A model generated the notes under the pieces. It was given only the letters and a program-made list of their open reading frames with translations, ran no database searches and was not told the DNA's origin. Shown here in pieces: positions 37,251-49,699 of a stretch of DNA of 64,000 nucleotides. The stretch's first letter is position 1. The number at the start of each line of letters is the position of its first letter. The stretch covers positions 62,001 through 126,000 of the forward strand of contig CAJFCJ010000049.1 of NCBI GenBank assembly GCA_904063045.1, written 5' to 3'. The position numbers were made by a program, and so were the translations under genes. The DNA comes from Dimorphilus gyrociliatus (taxonomy: Eukaryota; Animalia; Annelida).

Positions 37251-38410
37251 TATACTAAAAAATAAACAATATACGTAATTGAAATTGAAAATTTGCATTT
37301 TAACAAAGCAGAGAGTTAATTAAACGCCTTTCTTCTGCTATATTCTCTAGTATATTACCATTAACTAATTACAGTTGTTTGCGAGGTGGACATTCTCTAG
37401 TTCATATGCATAACGCATATGATAAAATTTCTATTATAGTAAAATTTCATACATATTTAAGTTGCCTGAAAACATTGAATAGATTTTGTTGATTACTAAA
37501 AAACCTGCTCTCTTTTCAAGACTGATTCGAGTGTTTGTAATTTGTTAATTAAAAAAGTGCCGACTAAGGTGTAAAAATTGGCAAGTGCTCCATGCAGTTA
37601 TTCAGCAAAAAGACAAATCTCTGTTAAAGGAAGTCAACAGCAAAATCATAAATGGGAAAATAAACTAGAAAGAAAATTATGAAGTAGTGGGTGAGGTTTT
37701 TAAGGTTTTTACACAGGTACTTTTTCACCTGCTAATCCAATAGGCTAAAACAACATTGTATTCAGTACTATTGAAAAAGATATTAACCATCAAAAAAATA
37801 TTTCAACTGTTCAATACATTGTTTTTCTTTTATTCTTATCTTTTCTAAAATTGAAGGTGGAGGCTTCGAAGCTTTTTCAAATTGCTATCTTCTTGTAGAT
37901 GATGAACAGACAGAAATCTATTGATCCAAAAATCTTGTGTTGAACAAAAATTTTCAATTCTATATCTCTTACAACTTTTATATTATTTATCACTAGATGG
38001 CACAAGCTTCAACAATGCTTGAAAGTTTGTGAAAAACCTTCATGATTGCATGTCAAAAAGTTTAATTATTCAACATTTAAAAATAATTCCTTCCTTATAT
38101 TTTTAATGCTATTTTTTTCATTGGTCACGTGATAAATTGTTAATTAATATTGGCAAGATAAGGTTTTAAGATCTCTCTAAAGATAATCAATTGAATTTTT
38201 AATTATGATGATGTTAATAATCAACATGAAGATAGCAGTATTAGTTTAAGAGTAAACCAGAACAATTTAATTCACGTTTATTTCTTGTTATGGAAAAAAT
38301 TGATTTTCACAAGATGTCACTGGTGTCTTAATATTCATACTTATGGTATTGTTTATGTTGGTTGGTCTAGCTAACAGAGGCATTTTGTTTGAACTAATTT
38401 GTTATACAAA

Positions 38411-40141
38411 ATGGCGTCGTTAAATCTTATAGAAAATATTAAGTCAACTGTTGAATTACAAAGCGGGTTTTCAAAAGTTTGTCAATCACTTAGTAAATCT
38501 GGTAAAACATTAAAAATTTGTATATTTAAAAATTGTAAATTAAATGAAAAAATGGGTAAAAATATTGGAAAGTTTTTAATGAATTGCACTGAAATCGAAA
38601 TAATGAACCTATCAGAAAATGGAAATTTAGGAAATGGATTTTTAAACATTCTTAAAGGATTGAAAAACTGTTATAATAATTTAATTGATATTGATTTTAC
38701 TTTTTGTAATATCAATGAAAATTCGTGTAAATATCTTGAGAAAATTTTAAGTGATTGTCCAAAATTAACAAAATTTTCTTTAAGTAAAATTTTAAATGGT
38801 GAAAATCAAATTTTAAATATTTGTAATGGACTTGAAAATTGTTGTAAGACATTAAAATCTATTTGCCTCTGTGATTGTAATATTGATGAAACAACTGGTA
38901 AAGGAATTGGGAATCTTTTATTCAACTGTTCAAAGATTGATATGATTAATATCGGAGCAAATTGTAATATTGGAAATGGACTTTTTAGGATTATTGAAGG
39001 CCTAGAAATCTCAACGTTAACACTAAGGATTCTGCTTATTCCTTATTGTAATTTGGATGAAAAATTTGGCAACTGTCTTGGAGAATTTTTAATGAAATGT
39101 TGTAATATTGAAGAAATTGTTTTAGAAGGAAATGGAAATATTAACAATGGATTATTAAAAATTTGCATAGGCCTAAAGAAATCTTGTAAGTCTTTAAAAA
39201 TAATTAATTTTAACAATTGCAATTCAAGTGAAAATATGGGAAGCTCTATTGGAAATTTACTTTTAAATTGTTCAAAAATTGAACGTTTTGAATTTGGTAG
39301 TAATCCAAAAATAGAAAGTGGATTATCAAAAATCTGTAAAGGTCTTGAAAATTGTTCAAAAACTCTAAAATATTTGAATTTTACTAAATGCAATCTAAAT
39401 GAAAATACAGCTATTTCTATTGAAAATTTATTAATCAAATGTTCAAAAATCGAAAATATTGATCTGAATGGAAATAGAAATATGTTTTGTGGATTTTTTA
39501 AAATTTGTAAAGGATTATATACATCTTCAACAATGCTACAATGCTTGAACATTCAAGAATGCAATTTAGATAATTTTATGTGCTTTCCCCTTGGAAGCCT
39601 GTTGGAGAAATGTTGCCAAATTGAAAGTGTAAGCCTAAATAACAATCCAAACTTGGATTATGGTGTTTTTATCATATGTAAAAAATTGTATAAATTTACA
39701 AACACTCTAGTATCAATTAACTTTGAAAATTGTAATATTAACGAAGAAATGGCAATTTCAATTGGAAGATTACTGATGTATTGTACATATATTAAAGAAT
39801 TTTACATGGGAAAGAACACTGAAATGGGTAATGGAATATTTAAAATATGTTACGGATTAGAAAAATCATCAACGAGTCTAAATTCTATTGGTCTTCAAAA
39901 TTGTAATTTAAATGATGAATTGTGTAAACCAATCAGTAAATTGTTGATAAATTGTTTAAACATTCAACAAGTGTTTTTAGGTTGGAATGAAAATATTCAA
40001 TTTGGTTGGTTGTATATTTGTAATGGAGTTGAAAAATCATTAAATTCCTTAAAAATACTTGACTTTAGATATTGTTTTCTAAACTTTCAAAGTCGTCAGG
40101 AGATTTTAATGCAAATTCAAGAGAGTAAAGTCAAATTTTAA
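38411..40141 (+). CDS. Intronless ribonuclease-inhibitor-type (NLR-like) LRR-only protein, about 576 aa
   Basis: About 10 alternating two-repeat units of about 57 aa: LK.I.F..CNLNE...IG.LL..C..IE...L..N...G.G...IC.GL..S. No NACHT domain within the ORF. Confidence 0.88.
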   Translation: MASLNLIENIKSTVELQSGFSKVCQSLSKSGKTLKICIFKNCKLNEKMGKNIGKFLMNCTEIEIMNLSENGNLGNGFLNILKGLKNCYNNLIDIDFTFCNINENSCKYLEKILSDCPKLTKFSLSKILNGENQILNICNGLENCCKTLKSICLCDCNIDETTGKGIGNLLFNCSKIDMINIGANCNIGNGLFRIIEGLEISTLTLRILLIPYCNLDEKFGNCLGEFLMKCCNIEEIVLEGNGNINNGLLKICIGLKKSCKSLKIINFNNCNSSENMGSSIGNLLLNCSKIERFEFGSNPKIESGLSKICKGLENCSKTLKYLNFTKCNLNENTAISIENLLIKCSKIENIDLNGNRNMFCGFFKICKGLYTSSTMLQCLNIQECNLDNFMCFPLGSLLEKCCQIESVSLNNNPNLDYGVFIICKKLYKFTNTLVSINFENCNINEEMAISIGRLLMYCTYIKEFYMGKNTEMGNGIFKICYGLEKSSTSLNSIGLQNCNLNDELCKPISKLLINCLNIQQVFLGWNENIQFGWLYICNGVEKSLNSLKILDFRYCFLNFQSRQEILMQIQESKVKF

Positions 40142-40639
40142 ATTCACCAACTTGTCATAGACAGCTTCTCTTTTTGTAGTTATAGCAATATCAATAGTAT
40201 TATAAATTTTACTCACTTTGAGATCTTTATCAACATATTTACTAGTCATGTGATCAATTAAGGCCAATAGGAAAAATCTATTAACGAAATTTCTAGTATG
40301 ACTTTTTGTGGGACTGGTAGAAAACGAACAGAACCTTAATTGAAAACAGCCCAAGACTTATTTTTATATAGAAAATAATAAATATAAATGTCAAAAAAAG
40401 ATTTAGATGATAATTATTGTTTTTTTAAATAATTTACATATTTTTAATGGTTATTTGTATTATTTTTCACTACTCAAAGCCTTCACAAATTTAAAAGATT
40501 AATTGATGTGTTTGAGTAATATTGTCAGAGCTGAAATAATTTTCTTTTGGAAAATGAATATTTCACTGATTTTGAAATTTTCTGTTGATTCAATTCCTCC
40601 TTAGATTCGAATTGTGGACTAAAATTAATGAGTTTTTTG

Positions 40640-41350
40640 GTGAGGTGCCATATGTTCTGTTTTGGGCTGAGGTTAGGGCTCTTTGCTGGCCAATCAAGAG
40701 GCTGGATGCCATTTAGCTGAAAGGCTCTTTTAGTTGTCCTAGGAACTGAGAAATTTCAAGACTAGATTTTGAATTGAGAAATGGTTAGGAAGAAGAAGAC
40801 AGCAACTGATATGTACTTAGGAGGGTCTCCTTTAAGGGTTAAGGGTAATAGAAAAGGTTAGGTACAGCCAGGGGCTGGGTTAGGGTCAGGGTAAAAGCAC
40901 TGATTTGTGGACGTTTTCTGTCGCATCCGTCCTAGCAGTATGGCAGCATTACCTTGGTGGAAACTGCCTGCTCATTTTAAGACAATATCTTTTTCTTCTT
41001 TCACAATTGTTGATTGTGAGGTCAGGTCTTTGGTCTCACTCACTTATATTTGATATTTTGTCTTTTCAGCTCCCTCTTAATTGTTGCTATGATTACATCT
41101 ACTGCTAATTTCTTTAAAATTTCTTGATATCACCCTTTCTTTATAATTCTTTTCATCCTGCCTATGTCTCTTTTTCAAAGTCTCTTTGGATGACCCATAT
41201 TCTACTGTTCTGGAGGATTGTATTGCAGGATATTGCTAACCGATGTTGGTACCATCCCCAAAACTCTTGCTGTTGCTCTTAATTTTTCCAGTTCGTTGTA
41301 TTTCCTTATTACAAGATTCCTAATATCTTTACTACATGTAAAATAGATAC
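40640..41350 (-). mobile_element. Decayed Tc1-like element split by a TTAGGG-arm insertion
   Basis: 41350-40940 encodes HTH-like LRATARVLGM..SVSNIL..GHPKRL; 40720-40640 encodes IQPLDWPAKSPNLSP..IWH. Confidence 0.6.
40760..40928 (+). mobile_element. Arm of TTAGGG/G4-containing non-autonomous TIR element ending in MULE terminal motif
   Basis: GGGGCTGGGTTAGGGTCAGGGTAAAAG...TGTGGACGTTTTCTGTCGCATCC; 40906-40922 is the exact reverse complement of the MULE repeat at 4109-4125. Confidence 0.85.
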
Positions 41351-41657
41351 AATAAAAATTAACTAATATAGTTAATATTGACAATAATAGAAAAAACTTA
41401 ATTTGAAGAATTAAATAAGTCAAAAAAATTTTGTCTTATTGGAATGCCAAACCAGATGTCAAGACTACGTTCCAATAATTATGAAGCACAATCAAATCAA
41501 GAAAGAATTGGCGAAAATTACTAAAAATATTTGCTAATAATATTCCCAAATATCATTATTTTCTCAATTTTTTAATATTACATAAATATTACCGTTTTTC
41601 TATATAAATTTTCTTGGTTGTTTAACTCTGGCCATTTTCAACATGGCCATTTCCTAT

Positions 41658-42665
41658 GGATGTGGTAGAAAATGGCAATAGATCTGTGGTTTTACCCTAA
41701 CCTGGCCCTTATTTTTGCCTAACCTTTTTCAATGCTCCTAACCCTTAGATGGGACCCTCCAAAGTCAATAGCTATCTTATTCCTCCTAACCATTTCTCAA
41801 CCTGAAATCTTGTACACTTAGACATAATATATATCAATATTTAGACTTTAGATGTAAAGGTATATTAGAAATACTTCTATTTCCTAGGAATTATAATGAT
41901 GGAGCTTTAGAAAGACTCTTATTTCGTAGAGTTAGATTTTATGACGAATACTGTTCTGAAGGAGCAGAAATTCCTACAATTACAATAGAACAAAGTATAA
42001 ATCTAAATTTCAGATATGGCCGGTCCCGTTTCCTATCATATTTCACTTTTTATTTACATTTAAGAGTTTTGTTCTTTTGAGAAATGTCAAAATTGTAAGT
42101 ATTAGTTTTGCATTCTGTGCAAAGAGATGATTAGATGTTAGAGACAAACCTCGCAGTACTTATATATCCTAACTGTCGCAGTCCAATCATCTTGAAATGT
42201 TATTTATTTATTAATTATTTAACAAATGTATTTGTATGTATTGAAATGATCAAAACTTTGAGCTCACTTTAAGGTTATCTTTACACAAGGATATTATCAG
42301 ATTCATCAGCTTCTACAATGTGCTGGGCCTAAGCAAAGATTATTAAATTGTAATAAACAAAAATAAGATAATAATAAATATGTATTGATTATAATTTTTT
42401 CAAATGATTAGTATAATAGTATGTACAATCAATGAGAAATTATTGCATTTTTAGTCCATGAGGAGACCTCTTCAAAGAATATTTATGCACTACTAAAAAG
42501 CTATTTGGTGGTGATGAGACTCTGTAAGAAGGTGAGTTAATGGCTGACAGGAAATGTCCTCAAGTGGAATATTTAAAAGCATCATTTCAGATTGAAAAAT
42601 GGTTAGGAGGAGTAAAGTGGCTATGGATTTGTGATTAGGGGGGTTAGAAGTAATCAAAAAGCTAA
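41658..42665. mobile_element. Non-autonomous TIR element (C-rich left arm, truncated G-rich right arm) carrying a PLE ORF fragment
   Basis: Left arm 41658-41810 (GGATGTGGTAGAAAA..TTTTACCCTAACC..); right arm 42593-42665 (GAAAAATGGTTAGGAGG..TTAGGGGGTTAG). The internal stretch 41943-42010 matches PLE 374-441. Confidence 0.65.
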
Positions 42666-43169
42666 AAGTGGCTAAATCAGTTGAGATATTTTTAAAAATT
42701 TGAATTTTTAAAAAAGAAAAGATTACTGTTCTCGATTTTTTTTGACACTAGATTTTGACCGAAAAAAGCTTAACTGTGTCTGTTAAGGCTAATTTGAATT
42801 TGAATTTGATAATATTTTATTTTAAAACTATGATTTAAAGATGCGTCACAGGTTTCTATAACTGATCAGATTAAAATTATTGTTTTTTAAAATGTCATAT
42901 CCGAAATATATTTATAGACTCAACAGTTTTTTTCCTTCTTTTTAATGACATGTTAGATGATTTAAAAATTTTTAATTCTCTTTTAATTTCAAGTTTACTA
43001 ATCAATCAATTAATCCAACCCAGTCAATTAATTTGTCACTCAGTAAATGTATAAATGGATACATTACTCAAAGAGTGTCCAACAAAACTAGCAAATTTAA
43101 ATAATAGAAAAACCCCAAAACTCCATCTTCTCTAGGAAAAATATATCATTGCTGCTCGTCTATTTTTCA

Positions 43170-43226
43170 TTTTGAAATTATAAATATTTCTCCATTTTGA
43201 AGTTGATCTGTTTATATACAAAAAGA

Positions 43227-43288
<62 letters not shown>

Positions 43289-44140
43289 TAAAAATTAGGT
43301 TAAATTAACATGTTAAAATCTCTTTTTTTTTACCTGATGACCAGCATTCAAATATTTTGGACATTTGATTTCATATGTTATTATATATCCAAGTTTGAGA
43401 TAAAGATTAATTGCTTTTGTATTATCCGAATTTACAATTAGAGATACTCTCTGTAAAGTGAATTTGAATAGTAAGGTATCAATGGATTATAATTATTATT
43501 ATCTTTTACCTTTGCACCTCTCTTTTCTGCAATATATTCGCAATATTGCATTACATTATAAGCAATTTTTTGACCTCTTGCCTTTGGATCTACTGTTACG
43601 TAATCAATATAAGGTTCAAACATTTCTGATCTAATACTTGTTATTTCCAATTGCAATCCAGTTAATACAAATTTTCCAACACAAGATAATGGAAAAATTT
43701 TTAAAGTTTCAGAAATTGGTAAACCTTTTTCTTGTCTATTTTAAAATTTATTTCTTTTTTTTTAACAAAACAATAGAAAGATTGATTAATATTTACCCTG
43801 CAAAGTCCTGTAATTTTAGTAATCCTTTTACCTCATTATTAATTTCGGTGATTAAAAAATTATTTTTGACAGTATTATCATAATTTAAAGTTTTTATCCA
43901 AAATTCTCTGACATATCTAAGATTATTCCTTCCAACAACTATCGATAAATCATCACTGTAAGCATCAGTTATCAATTGAGCAACTCTTGGTATATCCTTA
44001 TCCTTTATTCCTCTAAAAGTCATTCCATCTACAACAGGTATTGCTCTTTCTACATTGCTCTTTGTCTTCAAATACTCATTATAGTTTTGTAAATAAGCAA
44101 TTCGTTTAAATGAAAAGAGTCTTCTTGCCAAACTGTTCAT
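43170..44140 (-). CDS. GNAT-family N-acetyltransferase, 4 exons, possible mitochondrial presequence
   Basis: TFRGIKDKDIPRVAQL; YIDYVTVDPKARGQKIAYNVM (acetyl-CoA motif A); VSLIVNSDNTKAINLYLKLGY (motif B). The last exon is uncertain. Confidence 0.8.
43227..43282. repeat. (GT)n(GA)n microsatellite in a GNAT intron
   Basis: Directly visible. Confidence 0.98.
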
Positions 44141-44239
44141 TGTGAAGTGTGAGTGGGACGGAATAATTAATTTAACAACTTGAATATTTATATTCAAAAA
44201 TTGAATTTAAGGCATATTTTAGCCTGGTTATCAAAGAAC

Positions 44240-44480
44240 CTTAGATGTGATCAATGTGTCCATTGAAATAAACTCTCTCTTGTAATCTTGATTTTGATAA
44301 ATTTGTTTTAAATTTTGTATTGTAGTAAGTTCAGCAAATATGTTCGAATCATAAAGAAAATATTTTCTCTTTGTTACAAACACTGCATCTCCATAAAGTA
44401 TAGCTGTCTTTCATAAATTTTACATTGATTGCAAATCCATTAAAGAGTAGAATGTTCTTTCCTTTTTAATTTCAAATGAC
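44240..44480 (-). mobile_element. Internally deleted MULE remnant (FLYWCH piece)
   Basis: GKNILLFNGFAINVKFMKDSYTLWRCSVCNK is similar to GKDLLLFNNFCYNIKEKRNKTTFWICSVRNK. Confidence 0.65.
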
Positions 44481-45054
44481 TGACTGTAACTAGTGAGGGC
44501 TTGGTGAAGTTATAAGAAACTATATATAAAACTTTTGTTACAAATACCAGTTTAAGGAAAGATGAGTTATTTCCTTCCTTAGGGAAGGAAATTTATCTAA
44601 TTCCTAATTAAATAACTATTGAAATTTTTTAGTGAATCATTAAAAATGTTTACAATCCAGAAAACCTATTAACCTATTATATTATTTCGTTTCATGTGTT
44701 TAGATATCTCTCATAAAGTAAAAGTCATTGTCGGCTTGAGCTTTAACAATAAAGCCTAAAGATTGTCCAATTGGTGTTTCGTGTTCGCCAACTATTCTCA
44801 TATAACTATGTCAAATTGAATTACGATTGGATAATATAAATCGCATTACACTATCATCTGTAGAATCTGGAAATGCGCATTCAAAATTGAGAATATACAG
44901 TCCCAATAAAAAATCTTGGGCAGGGTTGTCCTTAAACTGGAAAAAGGGAAATATTTACCTAAAAGGACTTGCTTAATTATTTTTTTTTATTAGAATGAAG
45001 GATAAGACATTTATACAACTGAATTTAAAGATATAATTCATTTAAAAATTTACA

Positions 45055-45320
45055 TTAACAAGCTTGTCTAGCAGTATAAAAAGGATTCTTTTTTTGAATC
45101 ACAATAAGATTTCTCTTGTCTACTTCTGAAATCTTTTTGGGGCGGCCAGACCTGGGTCTGTCCTCCATAGTAAAATATTCTGCTTTCTTTTTTAGATTGT
45201 ACTGAATAGTACTGCGAGCAATTTTTAGCTCTTTGGAGATTTTTACTTGGCTTAACCCTCTTCGGTCCAGTTCAACAATTTTTTCATGCATTTCTAGGTT
45301 TTATTTTACCCATTTTAAAA
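45055..45320 (-). mobile_element. Tc1-like transposase N-terminal remnant
   Basis: GLSQVKISKELKIARSTIQYNL..RPRSGRPKKIS..DKRNL..NPFYTA; truncated. Confidence 0.8.
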
Positions 45321-45732
45321 GTTTTGTAATAATTTGTTCCAAAGAATAGTCTGACAGTACTCAGGAATGTCGTAAAAAATAAAAAAAAGTGGGTTTCTAT
45401 CTAATTAACATGTAACTTTTTGCCGGGAACAGGCATCCTGCCAGAAATTTTACCTCCTCCATTTTTGCAAAAATTTGTCAAAAAAAATTACTGGAAAGTA
45501 AAAAAAATTTTTAGTATTCTTCCAGTATTATCAAGTTTAAAAGACGTTTAATAATAAAAATCTAAAGTTAGTTGACTCTATGACTCTGATGAGCTTTTTT
45601 TATCTAAAATGAAAATAGCCAAAAAAAACTGTCTCTAGATTCTGATTTGGAAAGTAAAGTGAGCGTTTTCTTTTAATCTTATCACTAAAAGATAAACTTT
45701 TAAAAAATATCGTTTTCCTTGAAACTCAGAAA

Positions 45733-47750
45733 TCAATATAATAGCTCACTGGTAAGTTCTAAACAAAAATAGACACTGAGTATTTGAAAAAGAGCCAACA
45801 GAGAGAGTTTTCTTATTTCGTTATCTAAAAATATGCTTTTTTCATCATAGTTTAAAGATAATTGTCGATTTGGCAAGAGTGGAGCGGATTTTAAAGTACA
45901 CAATCCATCTTCATCAAAACTTTTTATAAAACAGTTAGTGTCAATAAATTTTAATACTATTTCCGGTAAAGTTTCTTTCGAATTAAATTTTATTCCATTA
46001 AGCCTACTACTCTCAATTAAAATTGACTTTTTCGATACCATTACGCAAATAGAATACAATTTATCTAATAGATATTCATTTTGTTGCAATTCGCAATGAT
46101 TCCCTTCGAATATCCTTACAATTTTACCTTCTGTTCGAAAAGATTAATTATTAGAAAAAAAGAGCGATAAAAGGTGTACAATTGGAAAAACTAACCAAAA
46201 TCGTTGATTCAAAATTGTTTGTGGCTTTGGCAAACGTTACGTAACGACTTGGATAATTCATTTGATAGCGAGTACTTAGTAGAACATTATTAGGGGGACT
46301 GTTATATTAAATGTTTGAATGATTTATATCGGTTAAATTGATAAAAATCTGGTTAGTATTTGATAGAAGAATTGTAAATATTCTTGTTTCTTGACTATAA
46401 AAGTTAATGAAGATATCTTGGCATTGATTATTAGTATTAGGTATTTTTCCATTTAAGCTAAAACTGAATGATTTTAATGAATAATGCATGTTTGGAGGAA
46501 GGTAATACTGCCATTTTGTTGTTGACGTCAATCTATACCATTTAACTCGTATATCTAAAATTTAAATGATGAATAATTATTTTATAATAATATTTTGAAA
46601 TTTTAATTTACAAACCTTCTGAAAATACTTGAACAAGACCAAATCCAACATTTCTATTGCTTGCATGAGATTTAACTTCTATATAGATACCAGTTTCTAT
46701 TAATTTATCATTATATTCAAAACAGTTTTGGTATGGATCTTGTCTAATGTTAATTAATTCCTCGAAACCGGAAGTCCATTTGATCTTCACCTTTGTAATG
46801 TACTTTATTGTATGTTGCCTATTGTAGCGAAAGAGTTTATTATACTAAACTTTAGGAAGATAGAAAATAATTTTTTCACATAATTGTAAGACAAAAACTA
46901 ATTGGTTTCCCATAATATTGAAATGAAATATTTATATATTGTCCTATGCATTGGGCTTCATCATGTTCAGCCATCCATTCATTAACCATAGAAGAGTAAC
47001 TGTTTATTAAATCTAACGCTGGATGGCATTTCCAAACGTTACTATTTTTATTACAGTTTTTGCAGTACAAGTTGCTCCATTTTCTTTTGAAGCTATATCA
47101 ATTAATAATTTAAAAGCTTGCCTGTTATCTGAAATATTGGTGAATTATGAAATGACTGTAATAATGTTTTAATAATGTTAATGTGATATTCACTATCGTA
47201 TAAATTTATGATTATTGAACTGAAACCGGTGTTTGAAGCTGTTGATTGATGTGGTAGAAATGTTATATTTTTCGCACTAATTCCACTTTGGAACTCTGGT
47301 AGAAAGCATTCAATTAACGCTTTTTTATCCAAGTTTATCTTGTACGAAAGTCCATTTTCGTAGAAAAATTCGACTTTTTCCGCTTTGTTTTCATAGGTTC
47401 AATACGATTGAGATAAACATATTTCATTAATGTTGTATGTTTTTTGAATGTTATTGCAAATTTATTAAAAATTAAAGGATTAGCCGCAGATGTCACATAG
47501 GAATTCACATTCATCCAATGAGGAGATAGAACATTTTCACATGCAAAATTTACCAGGGCTTTTATTTTCTTAGCATAACATTCAGCTCAATTTGACACAT
47601 CAGCAACATTCACTAATTTCATTCCTGCATCAGGTGGAATAAGTTTTAGAGGAGGAGACAGCAACATTTAAGAATTGTTAATATACAAACTTGTATCTAT
47701 AAACACAATCGACAGGGAGAGAAGACAACAACTTGAAAAGTAAGATGCAT
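45733..47750 (-). pseudogene. 2x discoidin-like + FAMeT-like paralog A4, decayed
   Basis: LVNVADVSN*AEC..ACENVLSPHW; CHPAL..EWMA..CIGQYINISF; WTSG..NVGFGLVQVFSE. Stops and frameshifts are present, and the FAMeT-like part is largely deleted. Confidence 0.7.
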
Positions 47751-47939
47751 TTTTGGTTCTTTGAGTAATTCTAAAAATTCAAAAGAAAATTAATTCAAGT
47801 ATTGAAGAATAAGTTTTTATAAAATTATAAACCTATGAAAAAATCATTTTTACGCTTTGGATTTATTACGTTAGAATCATTAATATGGATTTTCTATTGA
47901 CTATTTCAAACAGTGCAATCTGTTTAATGTATTCATGAG

Positions 47940-48560
47940 CTCAATAATACATGAAGATGTAGACCTGGTGTTTAATGTTTGTGGCAATTGTTTCGTCTAT
48001 AAAGCTTCCAATTATATTAGGTAACCTTCTCCTTTGGTTTTCAATTCTATAGTTGAGTTTGTATTTATAAGAGTTGAAAATGTAAATGATAGAGATGATG
48101 ATGATGGTGGTGGTGGTGATTGTGAGGTGATGAGAATACACTTGAAATACCTGTAATGAGTGATTTTAACTCAAGTTTTTTTTTTCAAAGATAAATTTTT
48201 TTCTGCCAAAGCAATTACATCACCTATATTTGAGGTTCGTTCGGATTTATTGAGACCTAAAGACATTATGACCAGACATCTAAAAAGAAAAATTCATATA
48301 AAAAACATTTGATTTACAATGCCAGCATCTCACATCATAAGAAACAAAATGTCTTCCATTTTTTTGATGATGAAATGCAATTGTATCATCCATTTTCATA
48401 TTGATTGTATGATTAATGAGAATGATTTTAATACCAACGGACTCTAGGGATATTTGTATCAAATGAACTAATTTATAGGTTAAATTGTATTTATTTTCCT
48501 TGTCAAGTGGTTCCAAATGCCAATTTTCCCAGTATACATTGAGTTTATTCTATAATATTC
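47940..48560 (-). other. Unidentified, probably spliced coding fragment
   Basis: Open frames with GT-AG-like breaks and protein-like composition; no family was recognised. Confidence 0.25.
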
Positions 48561-49120
48561 AACATATTACAATAAATATTACAATAAATTCAAAACCAAA
48601 TCAATTTTACAGCTTTTTCCAAATGAATTAAAATAATTAGTTAATGAATATCTAACACCTTTTTTAGACTTTTTCTTTCCTCCCTTCATTGAATTGAAAA
48701 TTAAAACAGTCAAAGTCTCATCCAAAACTGCTATTATATGACAAATTATGATTTTTGTCCAGAAATTCTTTAATTATCAAATTTTAATGAATCTAAATGA
48801 TATTTCAAGGAAACTCATATATATATCCAACTTTAAAGTAATGTTTTATACCCGAACAATAAAAAAAAATCTTTTTTGCTGGTGATAAAGATTAATAATG
48901 TTCGGCCTATAGAAATTCATGGTGTCCAGGTTTTTTAGTCGACTACTATATACCACTTAGAACTATTAAAAGACTAGATCAATACTGCTCAACATATACG
49001 TAAGAAAATACAATAATCTTAGAGTTAGGATACACTTACAAAGTATTCTTAATAAATACTATATAAATGTTACTAGATGCTCCCTCTAGGGCAAATGTTA
49101 TCCAACTACCAAAATATAAG

Positions 49121-49270
49121 CAAAATATAAGATGTTACATAACTAAACATGTTGACAAAACCAAAAATTTTTTTACCAAAACATAATGTAACAAATGACC
49201 TTTAAACGTTTATTAACATGACTTTTTGTTACATCACTATTGCATAGCATAATAACCTTTGACCCTGTTG
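49121..49270 (+). repeat. Dispersed repeat segment A (matches 61053-61210)
   Basis: ataagatgttacataac(t)aaacatgttgaca...ttacatcacta...ataacc(c/t)ttgaccctgtt is shared. Confidence 0.8.
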
Positions 49271-49699
49271 CATTAGAATGGACAGAAAAACATAATTATG
49301 TAAAACCTCATTTAAATGTTTTTGAAAATAAATGCTGTTGATTCTTTACCGTGCTTTAGTAATACCCATTGAAAAGATTTTGATACATTATCTACAAAAT
49401 TACAATTAAGATTAGCAATTAAAAAACTTACATCTTTTAATTATAATATCTTACATCTAACAAAATCACAAAAAAAGTTTCTGTAAATAGAGAAGAAAAA
49501 ATACAAAAAATCCTACACCATTTTGCGTCCAAAAGAAATTTTAATATTCAACCAAAACGGAAATTTGCAATTTGTTTTGAATTTTACACCGAAAATAGTG
49601 GAAATATCTTGTTTTGTCATCATATCATTTTTGATGAATGTATAACTAATCTAACTGAAAACAGACAGATAGATAACCATATGTTGAAGATTTCTGAAG

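Noticed and set aside
39043-39552. Antisense ORF as a separate gene (likewise 30862-31146, 31223-31453, 559-786)
   Set aside because: These are shadow ORFs opposite well-supported coding frames, with no motifs.
48095-48125. Poly-histidine tract (metal-binding peptide)
   Set aside because: The CAC/CAT trinucleotide run reads His, Thr/Ile or Pro/Ser depending on frame; the His frame closes quickly and the true frame cannot be established.
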